Source: Candidatus Borrarchaeum weybense (lineage in GTDB: Archaea > Asgardarchaeota > Sifarchaeia > Borrarchaeales > Borrarchaeaceae). From it: 64,000 nt of DNA. The position numbers and the translations under genes are program-made. The notes under the pieces were generated by a model, which was not told where the DNA came from, did not search any database, and saw only the letters and a program-made list of their open reading frames with translations. Positions 31,639 through 42,700 of the stretch are shown here, piece by piece (position 1 is the stretch's first letter; each line of letters opens with the position of its first letter). The stretch spans positions 256,001-320,000 of the forward strand of contig JAHQJS010000007.1 in assembly GCA_019057385.1 (NCBI GenBank). Direction: 5' to 3'.

Positions 31639-33180
31639 ATGAAAGAAACAGTTAAATTAAAAATTTGGCGATTTGACCCCCAGAAGGAAACTCATGGTCA
31701 TTGGCAAGATTTTGAAGTTCCATATAACGAAGGGATGAGGGTGCTCGATGCACTGTGGCACATCTATGAAGAGATCGACCCTACCCTTGCGTTTCGGTTT
31801 GGATGTCGCGCTGGGCAGTGCGGCTCATGTGCTATGATAATTAATGGCAAACCAGAACTTTCCTGCAAAACTGAATTATTACCCGACAAGGAATATGCTT
31901 TGGAACCGCTCCCTACCTTTGCAATTACCAAAGATTTGGCTGTTGATTTCACAGAACCTTTCGAGAAAATGAAAGAAATACGTTCAGATTTTGCAAAAGC
32001 GTCTGAAGAAGCACAAACCTTCACTATGGATGAAATAAAGGACTTACTAGAGTATCATAAATGCATAGAATGTTATAATTGCATTGCTGCATGCCCAAGC
32101 GTGGCTGAAAGTTGGAATGAATTTATGGGACCAGCTTATATGCGAAAATATGCCCAAGTTCAGTTTGATCCAAGACGTAATAAAGATGTTTTTGAAAAGG
32201 CCCTTGAAAATGGGCTATTTCGATGTACCACCTGCAAAGCCTGTGTTGAAGCATGCCCCAAAGATATCGATCTAGCTCACAAAGCGATTGAAAAACTGCG
32301 ATCAGTTGTGGTTAAACACGGTCTTGGTCCCTTAGAAGGACAAAAAGAATTCATTGAACGCGTTAGATCGTACGGTAAGGCAGTTACTATTGAAAAGCAA
32401 CCGTTGACAGGAGAGGATGGCCAATTTGGTGAATACGTTGGTGAGGGCGAACCTGTTATCTTTTTTACCGGTTGTATGATGGATTTACGCCTCCAAAAAA
32501 TCGGTAAAGATTTAATAGATGTGTTGAACGAACTTGGCTATCAAGTGATTATTCCAACAGATCAAGTATGTTGTGGTAGCCCAGCCATACGTTCTGGTGA
32601 TTTTGAATTAGGTATTCACCAATTTAAGAAAAATGTGGAAATTTTAGAACGATATGGGGTTAAAGATGTAATTGTAGGTTGTCCTGGTTGCGGAATTACC
32701 TTAAAAGATGACTATTCAAGATGGGCAAAGGAAATTCTTAAACGATCGCTTAAATTTAAAACCTATGATATAAATGAATTTATTTACGAAAAAGTAATGA
32801 AAATGCCCCCTCCAGAAAACCCCCTTGAACTAAAAGTAACTTATCACGACCCATGCCACTTAAATCGAGGTCAGGGGGTAAAACAGGAACCCCGTGATTT
32901 GATTAAATTTACAGGCGCGGAAATAGTGGAAATGAAAGAAGCGGATCGTTGCTGTGGCGCGGGCGGAGGAGTACGTGCTGGCATAAGAGATTTTTCTAGG
33001 TTAATTGCTTCAAGAAAAGCTCAACACATAAAGGAAACGAAAGCTGAAGCTATTGTCACTCCATGCCCATTCTGTATTTTTCAATTGAAAGAATTAGTGA
33101 AAAATGAAGGAATAGACATGGAGGTAGTGCATACTGCTACTTTATTAAATCGTTTGCTTTGTAAATCCAGTAAAAATTAG
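31639..33180 (+). CDS. tfrB: Thiol:fumarate reductase subunit B (SdhB Fe-S plus two CCG domains)
   Basis: CRAGQCGSC, two CxxCxxCxxxCP, VCCGSP, YHDPCHL, CCGAGGG. Confidence 0.88.
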   Translation: MKETVKLKIWRFDPQKETHGHWQDFEVPYNEGMRVLDALWHIYEEIDPTLAFRFGCRAGQCGSCAMIINGKPELSCKTELLPDKEYALEPLPTFAITKDLAVDFTEPFEKMKEIRSDFAKASEEAQTFTMDEIKDLLEYHKCIECYNCIAACPSVAESWNEFMGPAYMRKYAQVQFDPRRNKDVFEKALENGLFRCTTCKACVEACPKDIDLAHKAIEKLRSVVVKHGLGPLEGQKEFIERVRSYGKAVTIEKQPLTGEDGQFGEYVGEGEPVIFFTGCMMDLRLQKIGKDLIDVLNELGYQVIIPTDQVCCGSPAIRSGDFELGIHQFKKNVEILERYGVKDVIVGCPGCGITLKDDYSRWAKEILKRSLKFKTYDINEFIYEKVMKMPPPENPLELKVTYHDPCHLNRGQGVKQEPRDLIKFTGAEIVEMKEADRCCGAGGGVRAGIRDFSRLIASRKAQHIKETKAEAIVTPCPFCIFQLKELVKNEGIDMEVVHTATLLNRLLCKSSKN

Positions 33181-33222
33181 CCAAACATAAAAGATTATAC
33201 TTTTTTGCTAACCCTCTGAAGG

Positions 33223-34587
33223 TCACCATCCTAAGATGCTCGATATAAAAAGGATATACAAAAACACTAGCGTGAAATTGAGAGCACTCAGTATACCTCC
33301 GACTCTCATAAAATCAAGGAAAGAAAACTTGATCTTTTCTCTTTTAAACATGAGGAAAATGAGCACGGAATTTACGCCGCCAAGAGGGCTTAAAATATCT
33401 CCTAAATTCACGGCAAGGATTACAGACCATATAACAGATGCTGGGGTTGTTATTCCTGCTGATGCAACTACCGATGGGATAATGTACAACAACATTAATG
33501 CAATACTGACGCTATCAACAAAAGCCGCAATTACTCCACTAGTCACGATTAATGTAAGCCAAATGAGAATCTTATTCCCTCCCGAAAGCCTTCCTATGGC
33601 TTCCCCTATCAGATTTAACAAACCAACACTCGCAACTCCTCCTACAATTATGAAAACACCAAAGAAAAAGATTATTGTGCTCCAATCTATGCGTTTTATG
33701 ATCTTATCTATGTTAGAATATTCCCCGGTAATAAGGATTAGGGTAATTGAACCTATTAATGCAATCAAGAAGAATGGAATTCCTAAAAATCCTGCAAGAA
33801 TAAATCCTATAATTAGTGCTGCAAAGAAGAGAAAGAATCTTTTTACCAAAGCAGTATTCTTTACCACATCTGCAGCTTCTAGTGCGAGTATAATTTCAAT
33901 TTCACTTTCTGTAATGCATTCCCCGACGCAAACAAACCTATCACGGACTAGATGCTTACCTATAACTAAGTTAATCCCAAAAATTAGTAATGAAAAAGGA
34001 AAAGCAATCAATAGAAATCTATCATATGAAAGATAATATTCTGGTGCGAAAGAGAAGTTTGATGCTATGATAATATTCGTTAGACTGCTAGTTATTGAGG
34101 CACAACTAGCAGCATTCGAAGACACGACTTCAGTTAAAAGGAAAGGCATAGGATCAAGTTTCATATTTTTAACTAAAACCAATGTAATGCCGCCTACGAT
34201 CAAAAAAGCAGATTCATCTCCCAAAAACGCTGATAAAATAAAAACAAGTGCATTTGTATAGAACAAAATCTTCTCCGTGTCCCCTTTCGTAAGTTTTATG
34301 ATCGTTACAGTTAAATAATTAAGTATTCCAGAACTTTTTGAGACTTCTACGATGACTAAAAGAGATAGGATTATAATAATGGCACCCCAATCCACGAGTT
34401 CAGTAAGAACCTCTTTTTCAGTGAAAATTTCAGTTCCAGCAAAGAAATAGATATATGCAACAGTCATGGTGACTGCTGCTCCACCAATAGCAACTAGCGT
34501 TTTGTTTATTTTGTCAGAAGCAATAAGAATATATGCAATGATCATAATTACTGTAAAAGGAATCATAACAAGCAAATATGCCACCAA
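33223..34587 (-). CDS. ArsB/NhaD/SLC13-family ion or carboxylate permease
   Basis: Many TM helices; IDWSTIIFFFGVFIIV; AVNLGD. Confidence 0.8.
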   Translation of the reverse strand: MVAYLLVMIPFTVIMIIAYILIASDKINKTLVAIGGAAVTMTVAYIYFFAGTEIFTEKEVLTELVDWGAIIIILSLLVIVEVSKSSGILNYLTVTIIKLTKGDTEKILFYTNALVFILSAFLGDESAFLIVGGITLVLVKNMKLDPMPFLLTEVVSSNAASCASITSSLTNIIIASNFSFAPEYYLSYDRFLLIAFPFSLLIFGINLVIGKHLVRDRFVCVGECITESEIEIILALEAADVVKNTALVKRFFLFFAALIIGFILAGFLGIPFFLIALIGSITLILITGEYSNIDKIIKRIDWSTIIFFFGVFIIVGGVASVGLLNLIGEAIGRLSGGNKILIWLTLIVTSGVIAAFVDSVSIALMLLYIIPSVVASAGITTPASVIWSVILAVNLGDILSPLGGVNSVLIFLMFKREKIKFSFLDFMRVGGILSALNFTLVFLYILFISSILGW

Positions 34588-34829
34588 TGATTTCTAGTTA
34601 TTTTTATCCAATCAAAATGGATTAGAGAGATAATTTGAACATCTTTAATTCAAAGGGTTTTGTCCCTGACGGATTGGGCAGATAGATATTCATTTCAAAA
34701 TATATTGATTATTTTGCAGAGTTATTATTTCAGTTTATTTTATGAATTCTTATATTCTAAATTGTCTATATTATTTGTTTTAAATAGAATTCAGAATCTC
34801 TTCATTTAGGAAGAGTTGGAGAGAATCGG

Positions 34830-35651
34830 TTGGACGAATTAGTCGAATTAACTAATGCTCTTAAAGACCTTGGCCTCACAGAATACGAGGCAAAAGCTTA
34901 CATAACTCTAGTTAGATTAAACAGTGGTAATGCTAGTGAAATTGCACATGAATCTGATGTTCCACGTCCAAAAATATACGAGACTCTAAGTGAATTGGAA
35001 AAAAAAGATTTAGTTGAGATTCAATACGGAAAACCTCGACGTTATAGACCAACAACCCCAGAAGTAGCAATAGAAAAACTAGCTCAAAGATATCACGATG
35101 CGACAGATCTTGCGATTAAGGAACTTAAGAGTTTGAAAAAAATTGAAACTGGTCGTCCTGAAGAAATTATATGGACTCTTCGGGGAGGAGAACAAATTGT
35201 TAATCGAATACAAGCAATGCTTCCAAGTGCTAAATCTGAAATTATTATGGGTATTCCTATTGAGGATCTTCCTTTATTTATCGAAACAATTTCGGATTTA
35301 TGCTCTCAAGGTATTAGAATAAGACTTACTTTTGGAAAAGATGACCTCCCAAGACTGACTGCACTCCCGTTAGATCCAAATCTAGAAGTAGGAATTATCC
35401 CAATCACACTTCCAGATGAAAATGCTCTGCCGTTTACACATCCTGGTCGCCATATAATACCGCCAGGCTCACGCATTGTCGTAATAGATGAAAATGAGAT
35501 TTTATTTACATTTCCTAGTGTTCAAGAAAGTGAGTTTGGGATATGGGCAAAGAGCCCCGGGCTTGTGTTTATTTTTAAATTCTTTTATGAACAATTTTGG
35601 AATTTTGCTATTCCATTAGAAGAAAGACTTAAAAAAACGGATTTAAGTTAA
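34830..35651 (+). CDS. TrmB-family transcriptional regulator
   Basis: LGLTEYEAKAY...SDVPRPKIYETL...GKPRRY. Confidence 0.92.
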   Translation: MDELVELTNALKDLGLTEYEAKAYITLVRLNSGNASEIAHESDVPRPKIYETLSELEKKDLVEIQYGKPRRYRPTTPEVAIEKLAQRYHDATDLAIKELKSLKKIETGRPEEIIWTLRGGEQIVNRIQAMLPSAKSEIIMGIPIEDLPLFIETISDLCSQGIRIRLTFGKDDLPRLTALPLDPNLEVGIIPITLPDENALPFTHPGRHIIPPGSRIVVIDENEILFTFPSVQESEFGIWAKSPGLVFIFKFFYEQFWNFAIPLEERLKKTDLS

Positions 35652-35766
35652 GGTTTACATACGTAAATATAATAAATTTCTTGGAGAATCGTAAGCTAAT
35701 AATGAAAAAATATTTCTATTTCTCAGTTCTCATTAAATTTATTTCAAGTTAAGGAGATAATTCACG

Positions 35767-36912
35767 ATGAAATTGCATGAGTATGAAGCTAAAAAGATAT
35801 TTGCTGAGTATGGCGTCCCTGTTCCAAACGGCGAAATAGCATCTAATTCTGATGAGGTTAAAGCAATCGCTGATCGTCTAAATAGACCAGTGGTTGTCAA
35901 ATCGCAAATTTTAGTTTCTGGGAGAGGCAAAGCAGGCGGAATTAAAATTGCTGAAAAATCAGAAGACGCAAAAACTGTGAGCCAAAGTATTCTGGGTATG
36001 AATATTAAGGGACTCACAGTCGAAAAAGTTCTGGTGGAAGAGAGGCTCAATATTGCTAAAGAGTTTTATTTGAGCATCATTGTAGATCGCAGTGCACGGA
36101 GCTATGTAACCATTACCGCAAAAGAAGGTGGCGTAGATATTGAGCAATTAGCATTAGAAAAGCCTGATCAAATACTCAAAGTTTACATCCAGCCGTACTT
36201 TGGAATTCGAACTTTTGAAGTAAGAAAACTCGCGCAATTTCTTACATCCTCAAGAGAATTACAGAAAGAGATTATTTCTATAATAAACAAGTTTTTTGAA
36301 GTTGTTACTGCATATGACTGCGAACTTATTGAAAGTAATCCGTTGGTATTGACAAAAGAGGGTAAAATTATCGCCGCAGACGCACGAATGATTATTGACG
36401 ACAATTCTTTGTTTCGACATCCTCAATTACAGGATAAGGCTAAAGAAGAGTTACGTGATCTTACTGAGTTTGAATTAAGAGCTAAGGAATTTGGTTTTAG
36501 TTATGTTGATCTTGATGGCAATATTGGAATCATAGCTAATGGAGCTGGCTTGACAATGGCTTCAATGGACATAATTGATTTTTATGGTGGAAGGCCAGCA
36601 AATTTCCTAGATATTGGTGGTGGTGCTCGTGCTGAAAGAATGCTAGAGGCAACAAAATTACTTTTAGAGAACCCTAGAGTAAAAGGTATCCTTGTAAATA
36701 TACTTGGAGGAATTACACGCGGTGATGAAGTAGCACAGGGAATTGTGGACGCGCTTAAAATCACAGCTGTAAATAAGCCGATTGTAATTCGTCTCGTGGG
36801 AACAAGAGAAAAAGAAGGACAAAAAATTCTGGAAGAAGCAGGTATTGAATATCTTAAATCTATGGAAACGGCAGCTAAAAGAATAGTAGAACTTGTCGGT
36901 AGCGGAGGATAA
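35767..36912 (+). CDS. sucC: Succinyl-CoA ligase (ADP-forming) beta subunit
   Basis: MKLHEYEAK, GRGKAGG, NGAGL, PANFLDIGGGA. Confidence 0.95.
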   Translation: MKLHEYEAKKIFAEYGVPVPNGEIASNSDEVKAIADRLNRPVVVKSQILVSGRGKAGGIKIAEKSEDAKTVSQSILGMNIKGLTVEKVLVEERLNIAKEFYLSIIVDRSARSYVTITAKEGGVDIEQLALEKPDQILKVYIQPYFGIRTFEVRKLAQFLTSSRELQKEIISIINKFFEVVTAYDCELIESNPLVLTKEGKIIAADARMIIDDNSLFRHPQLQDKAKEELRDLTEFELRAKEFGFSYVDLDGNIGIIANGAGLTMASMDIIDFYGGRPANFLDIGGGARAERMLEATKLLLENPRVKGILVNILGGITRGDEVAQGIVDALKITAVNKPIVIRLVGTREKEGQKILEEAGIEYLKSMETAAKRIVELVGSGG

Positions 36913-36915
36913 AAA

Positions 36916-37794
36916 ATGACTATTCTAGTTGATAAAAAAACTAAAATTCTTGTTCAAGGGATAACTGGCCGGGAAGGTCAATTTCATACGAAAGTCATGT
37001 TAGACTATGGTACACAAATTGTTGCCGGAGTGACACCTGGTAAGGGTGGACAAGAATTACATGGAATTCCTGTATATGACTATGTTTCAGAAGCTGTTGA
37101 GGAAACACAAGCGACAGCATCGATACTTTTCATACCTGCAAGGTTTGTTGCGGATGCTGTGTATGAAGCTATTGAATCAAATTTAAATCCGATTGTTATT
37201 ATAACTGAAGGCATTCCAATAAGAGATTCCATTGGATTCGTGAACTATGCGCGAGATAAAAATATCGTGATAATAGGTCCAAATTGCCCGGGAATCATTT
37301 CTCCTGAAGAGTGTAAAGTGGGCGTCATGCCTTCTCATGTATTTCGAAAAGGTCCCGTAGGCATTATTGCACGCTCAGGCACACTTTTTTATGAAATCGC
37401 AGCAACATTGACTGATGCTGATTCTAGGTTGGGACAAAGTACCTGTGTTGGTATAGGCGGCGATCCAATAATTGGGAGTGACTTCATTGAAATAGTTCAA
37501 CGATTTCAAGCAGATCCTGAAACAAAGGCTATGGTAATTATCGGTGAAATCGGAGGAGATGCAGAAGAAAGACTTGCAGATTACGTACAGGATCATAAAG
37601 TGAAACCAACTGTTGCCTTTATAGCAGGCAAGACTGCACCGCCAGGTAAGCGAATGGGACATGCAGGTGCTATTATTTCAATGGGTGTAGGTTCTGCTGA
37701 AGGTAAGATCTATCGCTTAAAAGAAACAGGAATTCAAGTAGCAGATGTTCCCTCTGATGTCGCAAAAATTTTAAAAGATGTATTAAGCTTCTGA
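36916..37794 (+). CDS. sucD: Succinyl-CoA ligase alpha subunit
   Basis: QGITG, GPNCPG, RMGHAGA. Confidence 0.95.
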   Translation: MTILVDKKTKILVQGITGREGQFHTKVMLDYGTQIVAGVTPGKGGQELHGIPVYDYVSEAVEETQATASILFIPARFVADAVYEAIESNLNPIVIITEGIPIRDSIGFVNYARDKNIVIIGPNCPGIISPEECKVGVMPSHVFRKGPVGIIARSGTLFYEIAATLTDADSRLGQSTCVGIGGDPIIGSDFIEIVQRFQADPETKAMVIIGEIGGDAEERLADYVQDHKVKPTVAFIAGKTAPPGKRMGHAGAIISMGVGSAEGKIYRLKETGIQVADVPSDVAKILKDVLSF

Positions 37795-37840
37795 CGAAAT
37801 TGTTATCTAGTACATCTCTTATTATTTATGAATGGGTAAT

Positions 37841-38176
37841 TCAGGTACTAAAAATATCGCTTCCGAGCCGAATTGTTGCTAGTTTTTCTGATATATTGTC
37901 ACAAACACCCATATATTCGCCTATTAGGTTAAAAAGCAGTCTCCGGTCATTCACATTAAAAGGTAAAAGATTTTCGTTCTGACTATAAATGCCACCAAGT
38001 TCACCAAGTAAGAAATGAACAATTTCTATCAATTTCTCGATAATTTGTTCCTCTGCTTGTAGCCAAGTTTTTAGAAGAGCAAATTTTGTTTGTATTCCCA
38101 TCTTTTGTTCCATTTCTTTCTTCTTGATAGTCATCTTAATCATAATCGATTTTTTAGGCATTAATTTAAGCACCAC
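37841..38176 (-). CDS. Small helical hypothetical protein, start uncertain
   Basis: ORF fills the intergenic gap; no recognised motif. Confidence 0.5.
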   Translation of the reverse strand: MVLKLMPKKSIMIKMTIKKKEMEQKMGIQTKFALLKTWLQAEEQIIEKLIEIVHFLLGELGGIYSQNENLLPFNVNDRRLLFNLIGEYMGVCDNISEKLATIRLGSDIFST

Positions 38177-38394
38177 GAAGTCGCTAATACATCCTAAATT
38201 GTATCAATTGGTAATAAGAAGTAAAGAATTCACTGAACAAAAACTGTTTTTTCATTTAAGCGACAGTCTTTACGTTTAAACGTATGTTCAGGTCTAAAAT
38301 TCTGTGGTCTTTTAAATTATTGTTCTAAAAAGACATTATGTAAGTATTTTGTATTTTTAATTTCTTTTAAAAACAAAAAACGGAGTGTGGAAAA

Positions 38395-38424
38395 ATGGAT
38401 CCAGGATGGCCTTGGCCATATTAA
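38395..38424 (+). CDS. 9-aa micropeptide MDPGWPWPY (family member 3)
   Basis: GGAGTG, 7 nt, then ATG GAT CCA GGA TGG CCT TGG CCA TAT TAA. Confidence 0.75.
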   Translation: MDPGWPWPY

Positions 38425-38440
38425 ATTTCAAAAGACACAT

Positions 38441-38971
38441 CTAAGCTTTTTCTTCTTGATCTCTTTTAACAAGTTTTATCAATCTTTTTACTATTGTTTC
38501 GGTGTCAATTCTCTCTAAGAATCTGTTTGTAAGTTCGATTACAGACACTCCATCTTTTTCTTTAAGTTCAATTATGTCATTTTTCACAAGTAAATTTAAA
38601 TGGGACATTATATCTACCTTTTCTCCCCTTTCTTCGCGTAAAAGTTGAGTTGTAAGTTGTTCTTTTCTTATTACATGCAGTACAATGAGTGCTAATGTTG
38701 CACGTACTGATTTAGGTAAAAATGACTTTACTAGTTCTTTTTCCTGAAGCGTTTCAATTTTTGCGTCTGAAATCATCAACATGAATCGTTTCGTTACAGG
38801 GTTATAATGAAGTTTAAGTGGAAAATCTTTGATTCTTTCTTCAAGCTGTGAAAGGAGGAAAAGAGAATACTCGAAATCCTTTATTCTTGTAAGGGATCCA
38901 ATATCTTTAACAGAAACCCCTTCAAATCCTCTTAAAAATAATAAAGTCTCTAGCATTTCAAGATGGCTCAT
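38441..38971 (-). CDS. scpB: ScpB-like (kite) tandem wHTH protein
   Basis: Lies after smc and scpA; LETLLF and ATLALI patterns; divergent. Confidence 0.65.
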   Translation of the reverse strand: MSHLEMLETLLFLRGFEGVSVKDIGSLTRIKDFEYSLFLLSQLEERIKDFPLKLHYNPVTKRFMLMISDAKIETLQEKELVKSFLPKSVRATLALIVLHVIRKEQLTTQLLREERGEKVDIMSHLNLLVKNDIIELKEKDGVSVIELTNRFLERIDTETIVKRLIKLVKRDQEEKA

Positions 38972-38972
38972 T

Positions 38973-39710
38973 TTAAGTCCTCTTATCTCTCTTAGTTATT
39001 TTCTTTGTTTCTAGAAAAATCTCTCCATCTGGAAAATCCTTTTGCCACATTGCTATGGATCCTTCGTGAGCAAGATAAGTGAGTACAGTTAATTTATTTA
39101 GGACTTCGCGCCAGGAAGGATGCTTCGATAATATTTTGCTGAATGGAATCGTTTCTATGGTATACTTATCTAGTTTTTCAAATAGATTCTTTTTATCTTT
39201 TTCAATACTCCTAGGTTCAAAGTCGATTAGATCTAACTCTAGTGTTTTAGCTTTTAAACTTCCACTTCCATACTTTGTTGGATTTCTTTTCATCATTAGA
39301 TCTAGATACGCATCGATAATTTCTTGTTCTTGTATAGGAAGATATAAGCTGCCGATAGGATGTAAGACGCTCAGAATACTTGTGAGTTTGAATTCAATTT
39401 CATCCCTTCTCAATAAGGCCGCAATATCCAGCAAGAAGGAAAGCTCTTTGAGACTCACTTTCTTGCCTAAGAGTTCATTTAATAAGATATCTATTTTGGT
39501 TTCTAAAATTTTTGAGATAGTAGATAATGCACCTATTATCTCATCATCAAGCCTACCTGATCGAATACTCTCACGTAATTTTAAAATGAACTCTGCTAGG
39601 TCTATTTCTTTTGGTTTTTTTCTTCCGGAAGAAATGTCAAAATCTATTTGGGCAATAATACTTGCAATGTCATCGCCTATGCTTTTTTCTATAATATCAG
39701 AATCATCCAT
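38973..39710 (-). CDS. scpA: ScpA-like kleisin
   Basis: PKEIDL near the N-terminus; C-terminal LTYLAHEGSIAMWQKDFPDGEI. Confidence 0.75.
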   Translation of the reverse strand: MDDSDIIEKSIGDDIASIIAQIDFDISSGRKKPKEIDLAEFILKLRESIRSGRLDDEIIGALSTISKILETKIDILLNELLGKKVSLKELSFLLDIAALLRRDEIEFKLTSILSVLHPIGSLYLPIQEQEIIDAYLDLMMKRNPTKYGSGSLKAKTLELDLIDFEPRSIEKDKKNLFEKLDKYTIETIPFSKILSKHPSWREVLNKLTVLTYLAHEGSIAMWQKDFPDGEIFLETKKITKRDKRT

Positions 39711-39721
39711 AAGTATCGCCG

Positions 39722-42700
39722 CTAAACAGACGCCTCTAAGAAACTATAATCGTCAATTTTTCGACAAACTACTTGTGTCACACCTTTTTCTTTCCATAGA
39801 CTGTATACTCTATCTGCATGTGTGCGTAAATACTCATTTCTCGGTGTAATTACGAGATATTGTGCATTCTCAGAATATCCTGCTAGAAGTTTTCCAAGAT
39901 TTTCACTGTGAACGTCGTCGAGATGCATATCTATCTCATCTAATAAATAAAGAGGAGCGGGTTCATAGGCTTGAATTGCTAAAATCAATGCAATGACTGT
40001 CGCTGATTTCTCACCACCGCTTAACTGAATAAGTTTACTTATTTTGCCTGCTCCTACGTCAACTTCGATATTCACACCGCCTGCTAATGGATCTTTTTTA
40101 TTTAGGAGTACAAGTTTTGCCGATCCTCCCCCATGAAGTACCTTGAAAATCTCACCAAAGTGGCGGTTTATTTTTTCAAATGTATTCAAGAATAAGATTT
40201 TCTTTTGATTTTGAATCTCTTCAAGCGATTTAACTATCTCTTTCTTTTCTATTTCTACTTGTTTCTTCTCTTGAAATAGATCTTTGCGTCTTTTGGCTTC
40301 CATATCATATTTCTTAATAGCATTTGGATCTACAGGTCCAAGTTTGCCTATTTCCTTTTCAAGTTGTTCTATATTCTTTAAAACATCCTCAAGAGTCTGA
40401 ATATCATCTTCTGGGACCTGGATATTTAGTTTTCTAATCTCCTCATCAATACGATTTATTTCCTGCTGAGATGAAGAAATATTTATTTGATGCTGATAGA
40501 GTTTTTTGTCTAGCTCATTTCTTTCGTTAACCAATTTTTCTTCAGTTTTTACTTCAGTTTTTATTAGTGTCACTAAATTATTTAACTTGGACTTTAATGC
40601 AAGCCTTTCATCTTCTAAAATGGATATTTCTTCTTCATGTTTCAGTATCTGTTCGTTTATTTCTTTAATTTTGTCTGATAGTTGAGTTTGATCATTTTTT
40701 GCTGCATTAATCTTTTCGCTGTTGTCTTTTATTTGCAACTCCTTCGTTTCTTTCATCATTTCTGTATTTTCTTGCTTATTTTCAAGTTTGGCAATTTCTT
40801 TTTCAGTTGTTAGAATACTACGTTCCGTATTCAGAAGTTCTTTTCTAATGTTCTCAAGAGATTCCTTAAGTTCTTGGAATTGTGTTTTTTTGATTTCCTC
40901 TTCTATAACTTGTGCTGCTTCTTGAATCATTTCAAAGTTATTCTCAGTGTTCTTGAGTTCAATATCCTTTCCATCTTTTTCTTTTTTAATGGTTTCAATT
41001 TCTTTGTCAATAGTTTCGAGTTCTTCATTAAGAAGAGCAACTTCATTTAATATTTGATTTTGAACTTCTGTTAGTGTTGACTTCTTTCCTCTTATTGAAC
41101 CTAGGTTACCCTGTAGTGTACTTTTCTTTTTTTCTAAATCATTAAAAGTCTTTTTCTTAATATTTAGCTTATTTTTAATCTCTTCAAGTTTTGTTTCTGT
41201 TTCTAAAAGTTCTTGCTTTAATTTCTCTAATTTTTCTTTATTATATTTTGTTGTAAGAAACCGCGAGTCCATGTTACCACTGATAATTGCACCATTTAGA
41301 ATTAAGTCTTTGTTTAATGTTATTGCACCAAAATCACTAAAACTTAATGCAGTAGGTAAGTCTTCGATTACTAAGATGTCTCCAAAGACATTTTCTTTTA
41401 AATGCTCGTATCCAGGTTTAAAAGTAACTAAATCTTTTATCTTTTGATAATCTTTTGTTTCTTCTGGAAACGATCGGCCACTTTCATTCCCATTTAAGTT
41501 TCGGAGTGGAAGTAATACCACTCTAGGAATTTTTTCCCTATGCAAAAATTCAATAATTTCAGTGAGATTTTCATCCTCTACTACCAGCGCCTGCAATTTA
41601 TCTGGGCCGATCGCACTCTCAATAATATCTACGAATTGAGTATCAACTTCTTCAATTAATTCTATGAGGGTACCGAGAACTCCCTGTATGTGACCTGAAT
41701 TTCGTGCTTGTAGAACTGCTTCTACCGCCTTATCATATTTGATTTTTCCTTCTTTAATTAATTCCTGTAGTGTATTACGTTCTTCTTTGAGTTCATTGTA
41801 CTTTGTTTGAATTGTTGCGATTTCTACCTGAATATTTTCAACTTCTTGGTTCAAAGGCTCTATTTTTTTACTGATTTGATCTAATTCTTTAGATTCATTA
41901 TCAAATCTCTCTTCAAGTGTAATAATTTCTTGTTTACTCTTTTCTAATTCTATTTTTTTATTATTTAGTGTCTTAAAGGCTTTTTCCTTTTGACGTGTCT
42001 TTTCATCAATTATTTTAGCAAGATTTCCTAGTTCATTGTTCAGGATTTTAATTGAATAATTCAGTGCATCTTTCTTTTTCTTTATCTCTAATTGGTTTTG
42101 AACAAGTGTTTCATTTTCTTTCTTCGCTGTTTCAAACATCTCTTCAAATTCTTTCGTTTTTTCGGTTAAAGAATTAAGTTCCGAGTCTAAATCACTCTTT
42201 TGTGCATTTTTCTTTTCGAAAAGCTTATGTAACTTTTCAATTTCTTGATTAATCGTTTCAATTTCTGAATTTAACTGTTCGTTTTGGGTCTTTATCTGTG
42301 AAATTCTAAGATCAAGAACTTTAGATTCATTTTTTAATCTATTCAGTTCAGATTTAAATCCTTCAATTATTCCTGATGCTTTTGCTTTATTTTTTTCAAT
42401 TCTCCTTTCTTCTGCTTCAAGCGCTTCTTTTTGTGTTTGTAGAATCTGCGTATTTTCTGCATATTTTTCAATTTTCTTAGTTAAGATCTCTTTCTTGTGT
42501 TCTTGTTCTTCTTTTATTTTGTTAAGTTTCTCATGTTCATTCTTATGGTGCTGTCGCATATGCCTAAATCGTAATACTTTGTGCTTTCTTAATCTTTTAT
42601 CTATCTCCTCAAATTCCAATGTTCTGTTCTTTTCTTTTTCTAAGCCTTCAAGAATTCTATAAGAATCTCCTAGATAAAGGTCCAATTGTTGTAATTTGTC

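Noticed and set aside
33236-34036. 266-aa plus-strand ORF
   Set aside because: Antisense shadow of the permease gene with no motifs
18456-38424. Roughly 10-kb spacing of the three micropeptide genes
   Set aside because: Only two intervals, and no copies seen near 8, 48 or 58 kb; likely chance
39079-39849. 256-aa plus-strand ORF
   Set aside because: Antisense shadow of scpA/smc with a Ser/Ile-rich composition typical of shadows
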